Assembly: GCF_009914755.1 (NCBI RefSeq)
Contig: NC_060926.1
DNA: 64,000 nt
Strand: one strand, 5' to 3'
Source of the DNA: the human T2T-CHM13v2.0 reference genome, Homo sapiens
Part shown: positions 38,571 through 55,300 of the stretch, one piece after another
How the letters are laid out: each line of letters opens with the position of its first letter
How positions within the stretch are numbered: the stretch's first letter is position 1
Notes under the pieces: model-generated
Told to the model about the DNA's origin: nothing
The model's database searches: none
Seen by the model: only the letters and a program-made list of their open reading frames with translations
Program-made: the position numbers and the translations under genes

Positions 38571-41500
38571 AGAGAGAGAAAGAAAGATAAAGGATGTGGT
38601 TAAAAAACATTATGCAGGAAATGCTGAAAGTATTGATACTCTAGATTATCAACTGAATTAAAATTATAATGCCACTACCAAAGTAACTAGGAAAATGAGA
38701 TAAGAATTTTGTGAAATACTCTACCTTTATAGTATATCAAAATTATATAAATAGTGATCCTAATCTGCTCTATTAATTTTTCTTTTTAGGTGTCAATATT
38801 ACCCATTTGAAATAACATATAATCATTGTTGTACTTTTGTAGACAGATTATGTTAATATTCTTTATTTTTCAAAAATTTTATTGTTCTCATGCTTTTTTC
38901 CTCCTAAGATGAATTTTACAATTATTGTCACTACTCCAAAAAACAATTCTGCCTTCTGAGGCATTTATTTAAATTGCCTGAATCATTGCCATATTTTTTT
39001 TCTTTTTGGTATGCGTAATAATTTTCATCTTTGGCTCAATTTTAAATGATTTTCTGAATTTTTTATTAAACTTTTCAGGTTCACTTGCAGTAATCAGTCT
39101 TTGTCCTTTAAATGTGTTTTTAAAAAGGCCACCCATTAGTTCATGAGTTAATAATTGTCATGTGTTTGGCCTCTCCGTGTTGCCCTGCAACTTTCTATCT
39201 CGCTTCTTTCCAATTCAAGGACTCTGTGTTCTCTGACTTGATAATTTTGTGTTCTGCCCCTGTGTTTTGCATTCTGCTACATGCTTCTGCAGAAAAAGTA
39301 CTACAATAATTTGTTCCTTTTGATGCAAGTAACTTTCTTGTAGATGATTGAGCTGAAAATGGGTTCCCTTGTTATGCAGAAATGTAGACTTTTTCTTCTT
39401 CATATATAGCATCATTAAACATACCCTCTGGCTGCAAGAGTTTAGAGATGTTCTTTATTATTCATCATTCCACACCAACATACCCTTCAGAATTATATTT
39501 ACCTCAGATAACATTGACATCTAAAGAGGACTTGGAAGGCTATGCACCTTGAGGGTCATGTTGCTCTAAGCATGGCTTTGGGCAATTTCCTGTTTGTGTA
39601 TTAGGTGGATGTGAGTGTGTGTTGTGTTTATGCGGGTTAACTCACTCTTTTATTCATTTAACTATTAATAGTATTCGTTAATTAGCTATGTCCTTTCAGG
39701 TATTATATTATTGCAAAAGATGGAAACATTTAGAAACCGTGGTTGCCACCCTGAAATAGGTTAGTCTACTCTAATAATAGGCAAATAAACCTAATGTTTT
39801 AGAAGACTTTAGTAAGCATTATGAAAGTAGAAAACATGGGAAGGGGCTCCACAGGAAAAGAGCTAAACTCCAACTGTTGGATAATCAGAGGAAGCATCCT
39901 TGTGAGCATTGCAACTGAACCAAATCTTACAGGATGAGAAATTAGCCAGGCAGAGCGTGGATACAGACCTTTCCTACAACAGAACACAAGTGTATATAAT
40001 ACAGCAAATGAGAGAAAACAGAATGCCTTCAGATTTTTCAAGCAGATCTATAAGTCTTAAGTCTTACAGACTTTATGTCTCCTTTGATGAGGTTGCCGGC
40101 TTAAAGCATTACTGAAGGAAATATGATTACAAGTAAACCTTACTGTGAAGAAAATGTGGTGAGAGTTGTGGCTGGCAACTAGAGAGAATGACAGAGATTA
40201 AACAGAATGGTTTGCAAAATAAATTGTGCATATGGTTCCTTAATTCCTGAAGAATCAAAGGCTTTTCAGTGATCATTTTGTTGTGATGTATCTACACTTA
40301 AAGTCTTGGAAAGACTAGAGTAGCCAGCCTTCAAAACATACCTGGTGGAAAAACTACTAATTTCATGAGTTAATTCAAGAACAGCAATCTCTATAGTCAA
40401 CATTGTTTTGTTAGTCAACTATTTAGGCCATAGTCAACTCTTTAGCCATTTCTTCGGATTTCATTTTCATGAGAATTATAAATCTATGGCCCCTCCACTG
40501 TAGTGAAGCAAAGATACAGGTGACATCATCCCACACTTTACTATTATGACTCTCCACCTCCCAAATCAAACCCGTCTTTGCAGAAACAGTTTAGTTCAGG
40601 ACTTACTGGCCCCACCAAACCTTAATTGAGTAGAGCCATCTATTTCTCCTCTGACCCAATCTCTTGTACCAGCCAACCAACCCTATGACTGGGTTTTATT
40701 TTTCCTTGGAAACTTAACATAATTTATTATAGTTTCTTTTTATATTTTAAAATTAATTATCTGCCGATATTATCTTTGAGCACTTTCAAGGCAACTTGAA
40801 GATATGCTTTGCCCTTCTAGGTATAAAATAAAGCAACTACGACTATGTGTCAGGAACATAAGGTTGAATGAATACTTTTTAGAATTAGAGAACACAACAC
40901 AAGGAATTGTGAAGAAAGACCATAAACCGGACTGCAACTCCTGCTCTGTAATATCTTTCATCCAAAATGAAGTACTATTTACACTCTGGATCTTTTCAAA
41001 AACTGAAATATGCAATGAATTGCTAAGAGTCTCGATAATTGCTTCATAATATGGAGAGCTTGTTCCACCCTAAATTCTATTTTTTATATTCCTCTCATTT
41101 TAAAAGTTATTTTTGCTTACAATAATGTAAGCTAAAATTTCATACGCAAGTGAAGAGCTTTTAGCTGACAGCCACGTCACATCAGTTTATCCTACTGAGT
41201 AATCAACAAGTTGAAGTCAGCTTCACGATGGTTCTCCTGTAATCATATTTTCTCCAATTATGCTTTACAAAGTCAGTTACCTCATCAAGGGAGAGAAAGA
41301 CAATTGTCTCATATGAATTTAACCTATTAAAATAATGTTGCTTGTTAGACACAAACTATTCTCTTTCTAAGTAATATAATAAGCTCTTTTACAATAATTT
41401 AATTTAAAATGTATCTTGCATCAAGGTGAAGCTAAGTCTAGAGGTTTACAGAATGTCCCTCACCCATATATTTTTAAAAGGACAGTATTTTCTCCTTTTT

Positions 41501-41635
41501 ATTATTTTCATGGTTTTTCCCATTATTCATTGTCCTTTAAAGAGAGTTAATTGTACTTTGAGTCAGGTATGCCTATTTTCCAGCTACCTATATTGATAAC
41601 ATCTGATGCAGGTCAAAAGGTTGTTTTTATTTTTT

Positions 41636-41970
<335 letters not shown>

Positions 41971-43396
41971 AGGTTGTTTTTATTTTTTTAACAATTTATA
42001 CTTTTTAATGACTTGGGCTTTTCTGTGTGATGTGTATAATTCACATAATTTTATACATCAATCATGAACATAACTAAAATCAACTTCACCAGAGGTTTAT
42101 AACAAGATATAAAATTGTGAACATGAAGAAAAGCAATTCATGAGATGATATAGACGCAATGAATAGAACATTTCAGAATTATTCTTGCAAATATCAGGCC
42201 CCTAGGGTTTCCATTTTTACCTTTCAGGAAAATATACTTGTTTGAATTTAGAGAATTCCTCAAAGGCTTTTGAGGACAAAGGAAATTCAATAGAGATCAA
42301 TAGATACAAGTTAGATATTTAAGTAATTGGGCACATACTGTCAGAAAAGAATAGATATAATTCCTTAGTCAGGTTCTTCAAATTGCCCACAAAGATAAAA
42401 AGTTTAGAGTGGAGGCTATGATGGGAATTGCTCTGTTTTCTTAGAGCAGCTGGTCATTTGTTCTAACATGTAATATAGCAAATCAATTCAAAAGGTGATC
42501 GTGTTAGAGAAGAATGCACTTGAAATACTTCTGTAGACACAGAAGCTATGAATCACAATGAATTCTAAAACCTTGGTGTAATTTTTTTCTTAGAAAAAAA
42601 TAGGAGAAATGATTTAGCTCATGTGACCGAAGTCAATATTTTAGACGGCATGACAGTTAAGTAACCATTGTGCCACTGAATACACAATATTGCAGTAGTC
42701 ATTTAAATTTCCCCTAATGTTCTAGCAGGGTTAGACATTTTCTCAAAAATTATGCTAAGTTAGTCTTTATTTGAAAACTCACAGGCATAAAGCATAAATG
42801 TACTTTAAAGATGGATATAACATAAGTGACAGCCAGCCAAATTATTCAGAACACTTAAAAATATTTAGCATGTAAATATATGCACAGGTATGTATACATG
42901 TTCATTTATGTCTATGTTTACATATACATATATTTCTGTGTATGAGTGTACATATCTGTGTGTGTATGTGTGTGCATGTGTGAGTTTGCATGTCTGTGTA
43001 AATGGGTTCCTGTTTTTAATTTGCCTTTTGTAAATGAAAAATAAAAATGACAATACCAAATTCTATTTACTGTCATGGAATCTTCATAAAAAAGATATTT
43101 AATATCACAGAAATAAAATGGCTTTATAAAAGGAAGGTAGACCAAGTTAAATTAAAATTTTATTTTGAAATAATAATCTATGCATTTTCCCTTATTTTGC
43201 TAAATACAGTTATTTAGTAACCACTTCCTTCGATCAAACCAACATTTTACTTATACATTACTGAGGTATAAAATTATTACTATATTTACACAAACACATA
43301 GTTGAATGGTAGTTGACATTAACCTAATTCCAAATTACATACCCTATTCAAAGCAACAAATTTCTGGTAAATCTACATCTTGAGTTCCCCATTTTC

Positions 43397-43522
43397 TTTT
43401 TTTTCAGTGATGGGATCTCGCTACGTTGACCAGGCTGGTCTCAAATTCCTGGCCTCAAGCAATCCTCCCATCTCGGCCTCCCAAAGTGTTGGGATTACAG
43501 GCATGAGCCACTGCATTTGGCC
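43397..43522 (-). mobile_element. FLAM_C-like free left Alu monomer
   Basis: A single left monomer with a T-tail and TSD AGTTC(C/T)CCATTTTC on both sides. Confidence 0.85.
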
Positions 43523-43640
43523 CAAGTTCTCCATTTTCATTATAATGTACATATTTTTCCTTTTTAGTATACAGATTATATTCCAAAATACTATCAAACT
43601 CAAAAATATGTAAGAGTTAGCATCTTGGGTTACTTTAATA

Positions 43641-43976
43641 CAGGGGTCAGCAAGCTTTTCTGTAAAGGGCCAGAGAGTAAATATTTTAGGCTTTCTGGTT
43701 CAAACAGTCTCTAACACAACTACTCAACTCTGCCATTGTGGTATGAAAGCAGGCAGAGACAACGTGCAGATACATGAGCATAGGTATGTTCCAATAAAAC
43801 TTTAGTTACGGACACTAACATTTGAATGTCATATAATTTTACATGTCATAATATATTATTAATCTTTTAATTTTGTTCAACCGTTTAGAAAAGTAAAAAT
43901 GTTTCTTAGCTTATAGACTGTACAAAATCAGGCAATAGGTTGGATTGGCCCACAGACCACAGTTTGCAGATTCCTG
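43641..43976 (+). mobile_element. MER58B (hAT-Charlie DNA transposon), full length
   Basis: CAGGGGTCAGCAA...TTTGCAGATTCCTG termini. The 8-bp TSD CTTTAATA is at 43633-43640 and 43977-43984. Confidence 0.92.
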
Positions 43977-43985
43977 CTTTAATAT

Positions 43986-44037
43986 TTTAATATGAATGGA
44001 AATATTGACTTTAATATGAATGGAGATATTGACTTTA
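43986..44037. repeat. Two-copy 24-bp tandem duplication
   Basis: TTTAATATGAATGGA(A/G)ATATTGAC twice. Confidence 0.85.
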
Positions 44038-44648
44038 GCGGAATGAATTCTACAATAAATTAAATTATATGCATAAAGTTTACTTGAATCCTATCTAGTC
44101 CACCTGTGTCAACGGGATACAATGGATTCGTAAAGAAAAGATAGTAATGGCACCAAAACATCCTTGCTGGTACCTATACAAAGTTCCCCACACTGACTTT
44201 TAATGTAGAGAAGTAAATGTTGGTATGACTCCAGAATTTAATTTCTTTTCCCCTGGCACTAAAATTGGATGTGCTGGAGATCCACTTTACAGAAATTATA
44301 TTTCTCTGTGTAGAAGATTTAAGTGATCAGTTGATCCTCCAAGCATGATATAAACAAGTGAGGTGGGTGTAGTGACAGCTGCCCCAGAACCAAGGCTTAG
44401 CTTTTTTTGTGTGCTGTGCAACCGTGTACCTCATCACCATGCCATATTTTCTCTGAAATTGACATCTTATCTGTGACGAGCTCATTTAACCCTCGGATAC
44501 TAATTAACATTTATTCACCCACTTAGTTTACCGGAGAAAGATGATTTTAATAAGTTGTTTCATTCTCCCAGTCAAATGTTGTTAATCAGACTAAATTATT
44601 ACTGATTCAAGATGTATGTTAAGCCCAAGGACACCAAATGTATCAATG

Positions 44649-44970
44649 CAGTGTCAGCTCTTGGCTTCTGCAAGGGATGGGTTCTGGGACTTCCTCAGAT
44701 ACCAAATCTGCGGATGCTCAAGCCCCTTATATAGAGTGGTGTGTAGTATTTACATGTAAACTATGCAAATCCTCTGTATAATTTAAATCATCTCTAGATT
44801 AGTTAAAATACCCAATACAATGTAAATGCTCTGTACATAATTGTTAAACCATATTTTTTATTTGGGTTATTTTTTACTGTATTGTTATTTTTTAGGTTTT
44901 TAAAAATACTTTCTATCCATGGTTGGTTTTTTCTGTGAATGTTGAACCCATGGATATGAAAGGCCAACTG
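44649..44970 (+). mobile_element. MER2 (TcMar-Tigger DNA transposon)
   Basis: GATACCAAATCTGCGGATGCTCAAGCCCCTTATATA...TTTAAATCATCTCTAGATTA...GAACCCATGGATATGAAAGGCCAACTG followed by TA. Confidence 0.85.
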
Positions 44971-46298
44971 TATAACTCTTTACTTCTGTTTTAAACGGAA
45001 TAATCTTCCATAGAGGAAGATTTGCGATACAGAAACCATTACCATCTTTATCTTTTCATGTACACTGGGTTAGATAAACAGAACCAGAACTCAAAAGCAC
45101 ATCATCAAAGTAGCATTTATATTTATGTTTTTAAAAATTGGAATCATGCTTTCATATGTAGAATATATTTAATTAAATTTAAATATAATTTTAATCATTT
45201 CTACCCAAATACTAGGAATATTCATAACATATAATTTTAAAATAGCTGGATAAAATATTTTTAAAATATAACATATATTTATTATCCTATTTTGACATAT
45301 AAATTGTTTTCTATTTTCTATTCTACACATATGAGCTAACTCAAATGTTAGTATTTATTTATTGCTATTTTACCTTCTAAATATACTTCTCTCAGGATCT
45401 CATTGGGTGAGGGTATTCATGGTCTAGTCAGAGTCTAAAGTGTCCTAAATCTTTGAGGAATAAAATAAAAAAGAAGCTACTCACTAGTTTATAATCTGAT
45501 AGGGACATACAATATTAATCTCTGATTATCCTCATTTAAGTTCTTATGTAAGAAAGCACTGGGGACTGGTAGATCCCTACCTTAAGTATTTTTAGAAAGA
45601 TTGCAAAAATGAACTTTCCAAGAAGAATTATAATGGAGTGATTATTATGCCCACCCTATCCAAATAAGGTATCTTTGTTTTTATTTCAAGATGGTATACT
45701 TTTAACCGAATAAAATGGCATTTCTTTATTCTTTCAAAGCAAACAAATAAAATTTTTCATTGCTAAAGGTATTTGTATTTGTATTTCTTTAGTAAGCTCT
45801 CTTGTCATGTTCACTACTTTTTATTAAGGTGTATTTCTGTTATTGATTTTAATAAGACTTTTATATATTGTATACCAAAATGTTTTCTAATTTGTGCCAT
45901 TCTGTATTTTTGCTTTAAAATATTTAGTTTTAAAATGATATAAATAAAAAGTTATTCAAATTTGTATAACAAATTTTTGAAACTTTTATGTTAAAAATGA
46001 TAACCTTATACCTTAGCTGATAATCTATTTGCTTTCTTTTCTTGTTGACAGTTGATTGACAGCTTTATTTATAAATTTAATTCTTCAGCATGCTTGTATT
46101 GTATGACTATGTATTTGGTTAGCAAAATGTTTTTGTGCACTAATCTCATTGTTACAGAGTTTTTTCTTGAATAATTATTTTTCCAATGACTTATAGTAAC
46201 ACTCTACTTTGCTTATGTATAATGAAAATTCAAGTAATCAAAGGTAGAATAGGGTTTATGAGCTTAAGATCTACGATCAGTTGAATTTAGGTTTTCTT

Positions 46299-48880
<2,582 letters not shown>

Positions 48881-49008
48881 TAAATTATGAAATTCTTTTT
48901 GTTTTAATTTTCTCAGGTAAAAATATTTATTAGAGTATCTCTGAAAAGTGATTAAACATCAAATGAAATAATGATGACTAACTGAACTTTTAGAACATAG
49001 TAACCTTT

Positions 49009-50119
49009 TGATACAGACAAGAGGCACGTAGATTCTGGGTAGAAGAGAGTGATTCCTCAGCAAATGCCCCACCATCAAGCCTGGAAACCTACAGCCCTAA
49101 ATGAAAATGTACATTCCTGTTTTTGCACCCAAATGTTGCCTTTTGGCCCAACACACCCCCCGCATCCTGTACCCAGGTGTATTAGTTTCTTTTCACACTG
49201 CTGATAAAGAGATACCTGATATTGGGTAATTTATAAAGGAAAGAGGTTTAATGGACTCACAGTTCCACTTGGCTATGGAGGCGTCACAATCATGGTGGAA
49301 GGCAAAAGACACATCTTAAATGATGACCAGCAGAGATAGAATGACAGCCAAGCAAAAGGGCTTTCCCTTATGAAACCATCAGATCTTGTGAGACTAATTC
49401 ACTACCATGAGAACAGTGTAGGGAAAACCACCCCCATGATTTAATTATCTCCCACCAGGTCCCCCCGACCCACAACACCTGGGAATTACGGGAGCCACAA
49501 TTCAAGATGAGATTTGGGTGGGGACACAACCAAACCATATCATCATATAAATCCAAACCACAGGCTCCATGAGCAGATGAGCAGAGTAGCAGAAGAGCTG
49601 TGTGGCAGAGGAGAGAAGAGAAGGAACATGTGAACGTCGAAAGTTCATCTGGGGACAGTCAGGGAGGAGATCAGCCATGGGATGGCCAAACTCCAGGGGA
49701 AGATTATCTTCCTACTCCATCCCCCTCCAGCTCCCCATCCATCCCACTGAGAGCCACCTCCATCCAGCAATAAAACCCCCGCATTTACCATCTTTCAATT
49801 TGTCCCTGTGACCTGATTCTTCCTGGATGCCGGACAAGAACCTGGCAGGGGGGCATTGAGCTGGTTAACACTTAAGCCATCTGCAGATGGCAGAGCTACA
49901 AGAGCACTGTAATGTGCACACTAGGGCTTTGGGAGTTGCAGTCACCCACCCCTAGATGCTACCGTGGGGCCGGAGCCAAAAGTGCTCACCCTTACTCCTA
50001 CACCTGCCTGTCTGCATGCTCCCCCTCCTGTAAGGGGTTTGAGGGCATGGCAGGCAAACAGATGAGCCACACCCTTGTCACATGTCCTGCGAGGGGGATC
50101 AGGGACCTCTCCCATTTCA
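49009..50119 (+). mobile_element. Solo ERV1 LTR of the LTR27/MER52 group, interrupted by THE1
   Basis: TGATACAGACAAGAGGCACGTAGATTCTGGGTAGAAGAG...GGGATCAGGGACCTCTCCCATTTCA, with TSD CTTT at 49005-49008 and 50120-50123. Confidence 0.82.
49178..49542 (-). mobile_element. Solo THE1 LTR (THE1B-like) nested in the LTR27/MER52-type LTR
   Basis: TGTATTAGTTTCTTTTCACACTGCTGATAAAGA...GGGACACAACCAAACCATATCA. The TSD is not cleanly preserved. Confidence 0.92.
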
Positions 50120-50544
50120 CTTTTACAGATGTTAGATATATTAATGGCATAGTGTAACTTCTGATTTTATTTTTATATCCTTGTAACTTATGTGTTAATT
50201 TTTATATGTGTGGTGAATATGTTTTGCCTTCCCAACCTTCTTTTCTACCTTTCTCTCTCCTACTAGAATGCCTCTCTTGTTCAGGTTTCTTTCTTTCATT
50301 GCATATTCATCTACTTTACTTAATTAAATGGAAAGACCAATAATTCATTTTCTATGATGAAGTGTTTCTTTCCTTCTGTGGCATGGAACAGGACTTAGCA
50401 CAGAGTCACACTATGTACATATGGAATGATGAATAGGACGAACAAACTGTATATGGCATCGGTATTCATCTTACTACAACAAAATGTTAAAGCAAATAAG
50501 ATGGAATAACAACTAATATTTAGTTTAAGGTACTTTTCTATGGG

Positions 50545-50570
50545 GTGTGTGTGTGTGTGTGTGTGTGTGT
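50545..50570. repeat. (TG)n microsatellite
   Basis: About 13 TG units. Confidence 0.95.
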
Positions 50571-52399
50571 TTTTTACTAGCAGTAGGTACTGGGCTCTGT
50601 ATGGTATATTAGTAAGAGAGTTCAAGCAAGGCAAGCAGTTGTACTTGTGAACCTATTCTCTTAACCCCTGTGTGATAATGCTATCAGAGAACACATAGAC
50701 TAGAAGGGCTTCAGTCTTAGATGACATTATTAAGCTACTGCTCAGACATCCCTGGAATCAGACCTACTCCTAGACTTCCAATTATATTATACGTCATTGT
50801 TTATAATAATACTAAGTAAAGATTTTTGTTAAGTGAGTATAAAAGTGTCTTGACTGAGTCCTCAAACTGACCATCGGGCTGTCTGATACCGTTGTAGACC
50901 TGATTGAAAATTCTTGATCTGGCCACATACCCTGTTTACATTGATGCAGATTCAACTGGGTGAAATAACTGTGAACTGGGCATGTGAAGAGAAAGCTGAA
51001 AGCCATAATCTCAAGATGGAAACTTCAGTATCCAGCAAAGGTATTTATAATCTTGAGACAGACAGAACACTTTCTACCAGTGCAGTGCTCTCACAACCAA
51101 CAAATCTAGATTTTGCGGACCAATCAGTATACTTCTTAATATGAGTCTTTGGCTTTTGAAGATCAACTTCTCTTTTACTTTACTTATCTTATTCCTGAGA
51201 ACGTACCTAGACTCTCTGTTGTATCAGCTTATATTGTTGGTAGCAATGCTTTTAGTCTTCATACTCTTTAACATTCTAGAAATGCCACCAAAATTACTTG
51301 ATCACAATACCTCTTGAAGTAAATTAACCAGTGACTCTTGAACGAAATACCTCATAGGCCCATCGAATCTTGATTTCAACTTTTTATTGGCTTGTTTGAC
51401 TGAGTACATTATAGTTACTACATTAATTTTGGCTCTCACTGAGTTTTTTCTTGTTCTTTCTTACGAGTTTCTGTTCATTTTGATTCACAGCCTTCTGGTC
51501 TCTTCATGCTTGAATACAGAGAAGTAATAGTTTCTCCTTTGAATGCCACAAAGAGAGGGAATCTCTGCAATGTCTGATCTGTTCTGTTAGTGGATCTGTG
51601 TATTGTCAAGGAGTTTCTCAGATAGCTCATTGTTTGGAATATAAGCTATTCCATTACTTGGAATCAGCATCTTGTAAATCAGACCAGTAGCCCAACCCAA
51701 ACTGTGGAGTGAGGAGAGTGCCTTGTTTACAGGTGTCTAGCAACAATTGATGTAATCTCCTTTTTGTTGTTTATAATAACATTCTGTCAATTCAAAAAAT
51801 CAAACCCTACCACACACCAGGATCCCTATGTCTTATGTTTGCTGCATGTCAGATTCATGTACATAGCTAATAAAATCGCACACATACATCTAAAAATGTT
51901 TAGAATTGAATTTTGAATAATGTTCATTTTTCCACAAGGTCTTACACTTCTCTTGCATCTTAGGACAAAAAGAAAGTAAGCCTCTATCTTTCATGAGCTC
52001 TTTATTTGAGTGTGGGTCAAAGGATTTAAGTGTTTTCATAACTCAAAATTAACTTTTTCAAAGAATCCTGTAGTAAATACTAAGCAAAAGGCTAGCTAAT
52101 TATCAAGTTAACCATTTATGACTGTACCACTTATTTTTCTCTCCCTCTCTCCATTTCTGTCTTCCTAGACCTTACAGTCTACTTCCACTATATCCTGCAA
52201 AGTTATAATATTCTGACTGTTTAGAAGACTAAACTTTGCAATATTCTCCCAATATCATCCTCATGGGGTTTTCCAAACTCCTCCTTTCATTGTGTCTGTT
52301 AGCCCCATATTCTTCCTCATTGTTGAGCTTAATCTCAGTAAAGGAAAAATTATCTCACAATCCCCACTAAGATTTTATTCCCACCCTCCAGGGAAAGTT

Positions 52400-55300
52400 T
52401 ATGCCATTGTTTTTGAAAATTGGTCACAAGTGAAGCTCCATGTTACAGTAAAATGATTCTTCAAGCCTATGAGACCCAGCACATTTCCTGGAATTAAAAT
52501 ATTTTCTACTGCTAAAGTCCAGTTCTGTTAGAGTTTTATCCACCTATAAATATAATAGTCTCACCATCAGAAGGTTACAGATGGTTCCAAAGAGCAAACT
52601 GAAACTCAATTGAAGAATATTAGCGTGTCACAAGTCAGAAGAAAATGTGTAGAACACTAAAGAAATAGGTTAGCCTCAGGGCATCCTAAATGTCTTCTTT
52701 ATGAAAGTAGATTTGGCCAAAATATTTGGCATAATTTATATTAACAAAGCAAAGACCAGAAGTAGACTGGTATGGAGAACTTGAGTGGAAAATATGAACA
52801 CTAAAAAATTTACTGCTCCTCAGAAACTAAAAAGGGGGTCTAATGAGCCAACTTAGAGATTCAACAATGCCCCATCTATATGGATCCGGATCAAATTAAT
52901 ATATTTACTGATTTTTCTAGACAATTAAAATGAAATTAATATGATTGCTCAGGAAAGGCTGGCACATTTCTAACAGATACAGTGGCTTCTCTTTCAGAAT
53001 AAATTTTGTGACTTATGCCAAAATATTCCTTTAAGATACAAATAGAGTAGAGGCAGTGGACATCTCAAATGAACCTATGATCCTAGCAGCCTCACAACCT
53101 TAACAATTTGAAGCAAATAATTGGAGGAAGAACATGACTTTCTATTTTGCAACACTGCTCCAACAAAATTTATTAGGTCAAAACTGTCAAATTAAATCTT
53201 TTTAAGCTGGTAGATATCTAGAGATCCCAAAGGAATAGGCTGCGTAAACCAATTTATAGCACTCATGTATACCCCAGTTTCTGTGCACCCAATGACCTCT
53301 ACAAATCAAATATTAGATTAGTTACCCTCTACTCTTTGGGCCAAAGATTTTATTAAACTGAGCAGAATACATGGAGCTTACTTTATTAAAATTAAAATTA
53401 TTCCGTATAAGCCCTTAGCCGAATTATATTTCAGTGTGTTTTGAGACCTCAAGCAACCTCAGGAAGAAGACCTATTATTGAGGACTCACTGTGTCAGGCA
53501 TCAGTCCTTGCGGTACTCCCATATTGCCAGTTAAGCAGCTTAGTGTAAAAGGCTACTTATGTGTACAAGGCCTCAGGGCAATCAATAGAACTGTGATCCC
53601 TAGATTTCCCGAAGCTTCTAACTACCAAGTAAACACTTTAAGATGGCAGATTTATTTGCAGTCTTATTTAGGAACTAGTAGGTAAGGGCAGTCAGTATTT
53701 ATTTACTCTTTTCTGGGACAATCAGCAATCTCCCTAGTTGGTTATGCCTCTGGTATTTATGAAAACACCCTTATATTTCTCCCGATGTCTAAATAATAAT
53801 CACAGATTTGACTCTTGCTTGAAAATACACCCTGGAATGAAATGTAGATGATTTAGTGCTGTGCTCCTTGAAGGAGTCCACAGGAGAACTCCATATATCG
53901 CTCAAGAAGATTAACTGAAGAGGAACAGAAAGCACCTAGAGAAAACTTGCAAATCTGTGAAGAAATTATGCAATATTTAGGTTGTGATCTCATCAGACAT
54001 GTATTCTACTCTGTGAGAATAAGCTTATTTGACTACATTGACTCCAAATTAAAAACAACTAAAAGCTTTTTCATTTTATATTTTAGGATTGACTGCTTTA
54101 TGTAGGCAATAATGCCTTTTCCCCTAAAATACATCAGCCTTCACATGTGTTTACTAATACTGGTATCTCCCATGGGATAGAAAAGGAAAACAGTTCCTTT
54201 TCTTTAAGGACCTGTCTGCAGCAGCCTCCAACTTTGGGTATCCCTAATTATGCTAAGTCCTTCTGTCTTTTTGTTTATGAAAGAGGAGATTGTGAATTAG
54301 GACTACTAACATGGTAAAGTAGTTTTATACCAGACCCATGCTTTTAGCCTAACCCTCCACTCAAAAGGGTAAAGCATAGATTTCTGCTTGTGTGAAGTAT
54401 CAGTGGCGGCCAAACTGCTCTGTGCTAACTTGACAGGTTCCACATGCAGATAACTCTGGTTAATTCTTAATTTACCACATGAAGACTCATGAAAAGTTTT
54501 TATTGTTTGTACTACCATTAAACTTTGTTAAAATCTTAATCCTGCGAGTTTACTTCTTCTACGTGGAGAACCAAATGTCTATTTAGTAGTAACTCAAGAA
54601 TTAAGAATGTTCAATTATGATTGTACAGATCCCTCTTATTCAATACTAAATTAATATTGTTTGATATGGCTCTTATCTTAGAAATGGTGAAGGCGTTCGT
54701 TATGTGGGATATGCTGTTACCACTGAACTTGAAGTTATCAAAGAAGTTCTATTCTTAACCCTTAATCTGCTCAGGTAACTAAACTCAACATCTCCAATTT
54801 GAGCATGAACCCTGGAAAAAGCTTAAAAAGTAAACCCTTATGCAAATAGTAGATGTGCTTTCCGAGTTTTGTGCTATTTGACAATATATGGCTGAAATAC
54901 ACAGGTCTATTGAAAATGGTAAATAACAGTGCAGTTTAAAAAGCTATTCAATGCAGCAAAGTGCTATCTGTAAATAAACTAGTACTCCATATTAGAGACC
55001 ACTCCTGAAGCTAAGGGCAATGGCTTGTCTTATTCCGTTGGTAAATGTGGCATTTACCCACCCAATATATTAAGTGCTAATAAATTGATAAAATTGTGAT
55101 TGACTCAAAGCAATCAGCTCAAAATTCTGAAAAAATATATATCCACTATCAGAGGACTTCTCCGTCTTTAATGATGGATACTGGTGATTTTATCCTGGCT
55201 TCCTAGAAACATTACATTTCCAGGTCAAATTGCTTCTTTATTGCTCTTTATATAATTAAAAAGATAGTTTCTACATGGCTCATCTATAAGCAGCAAAATC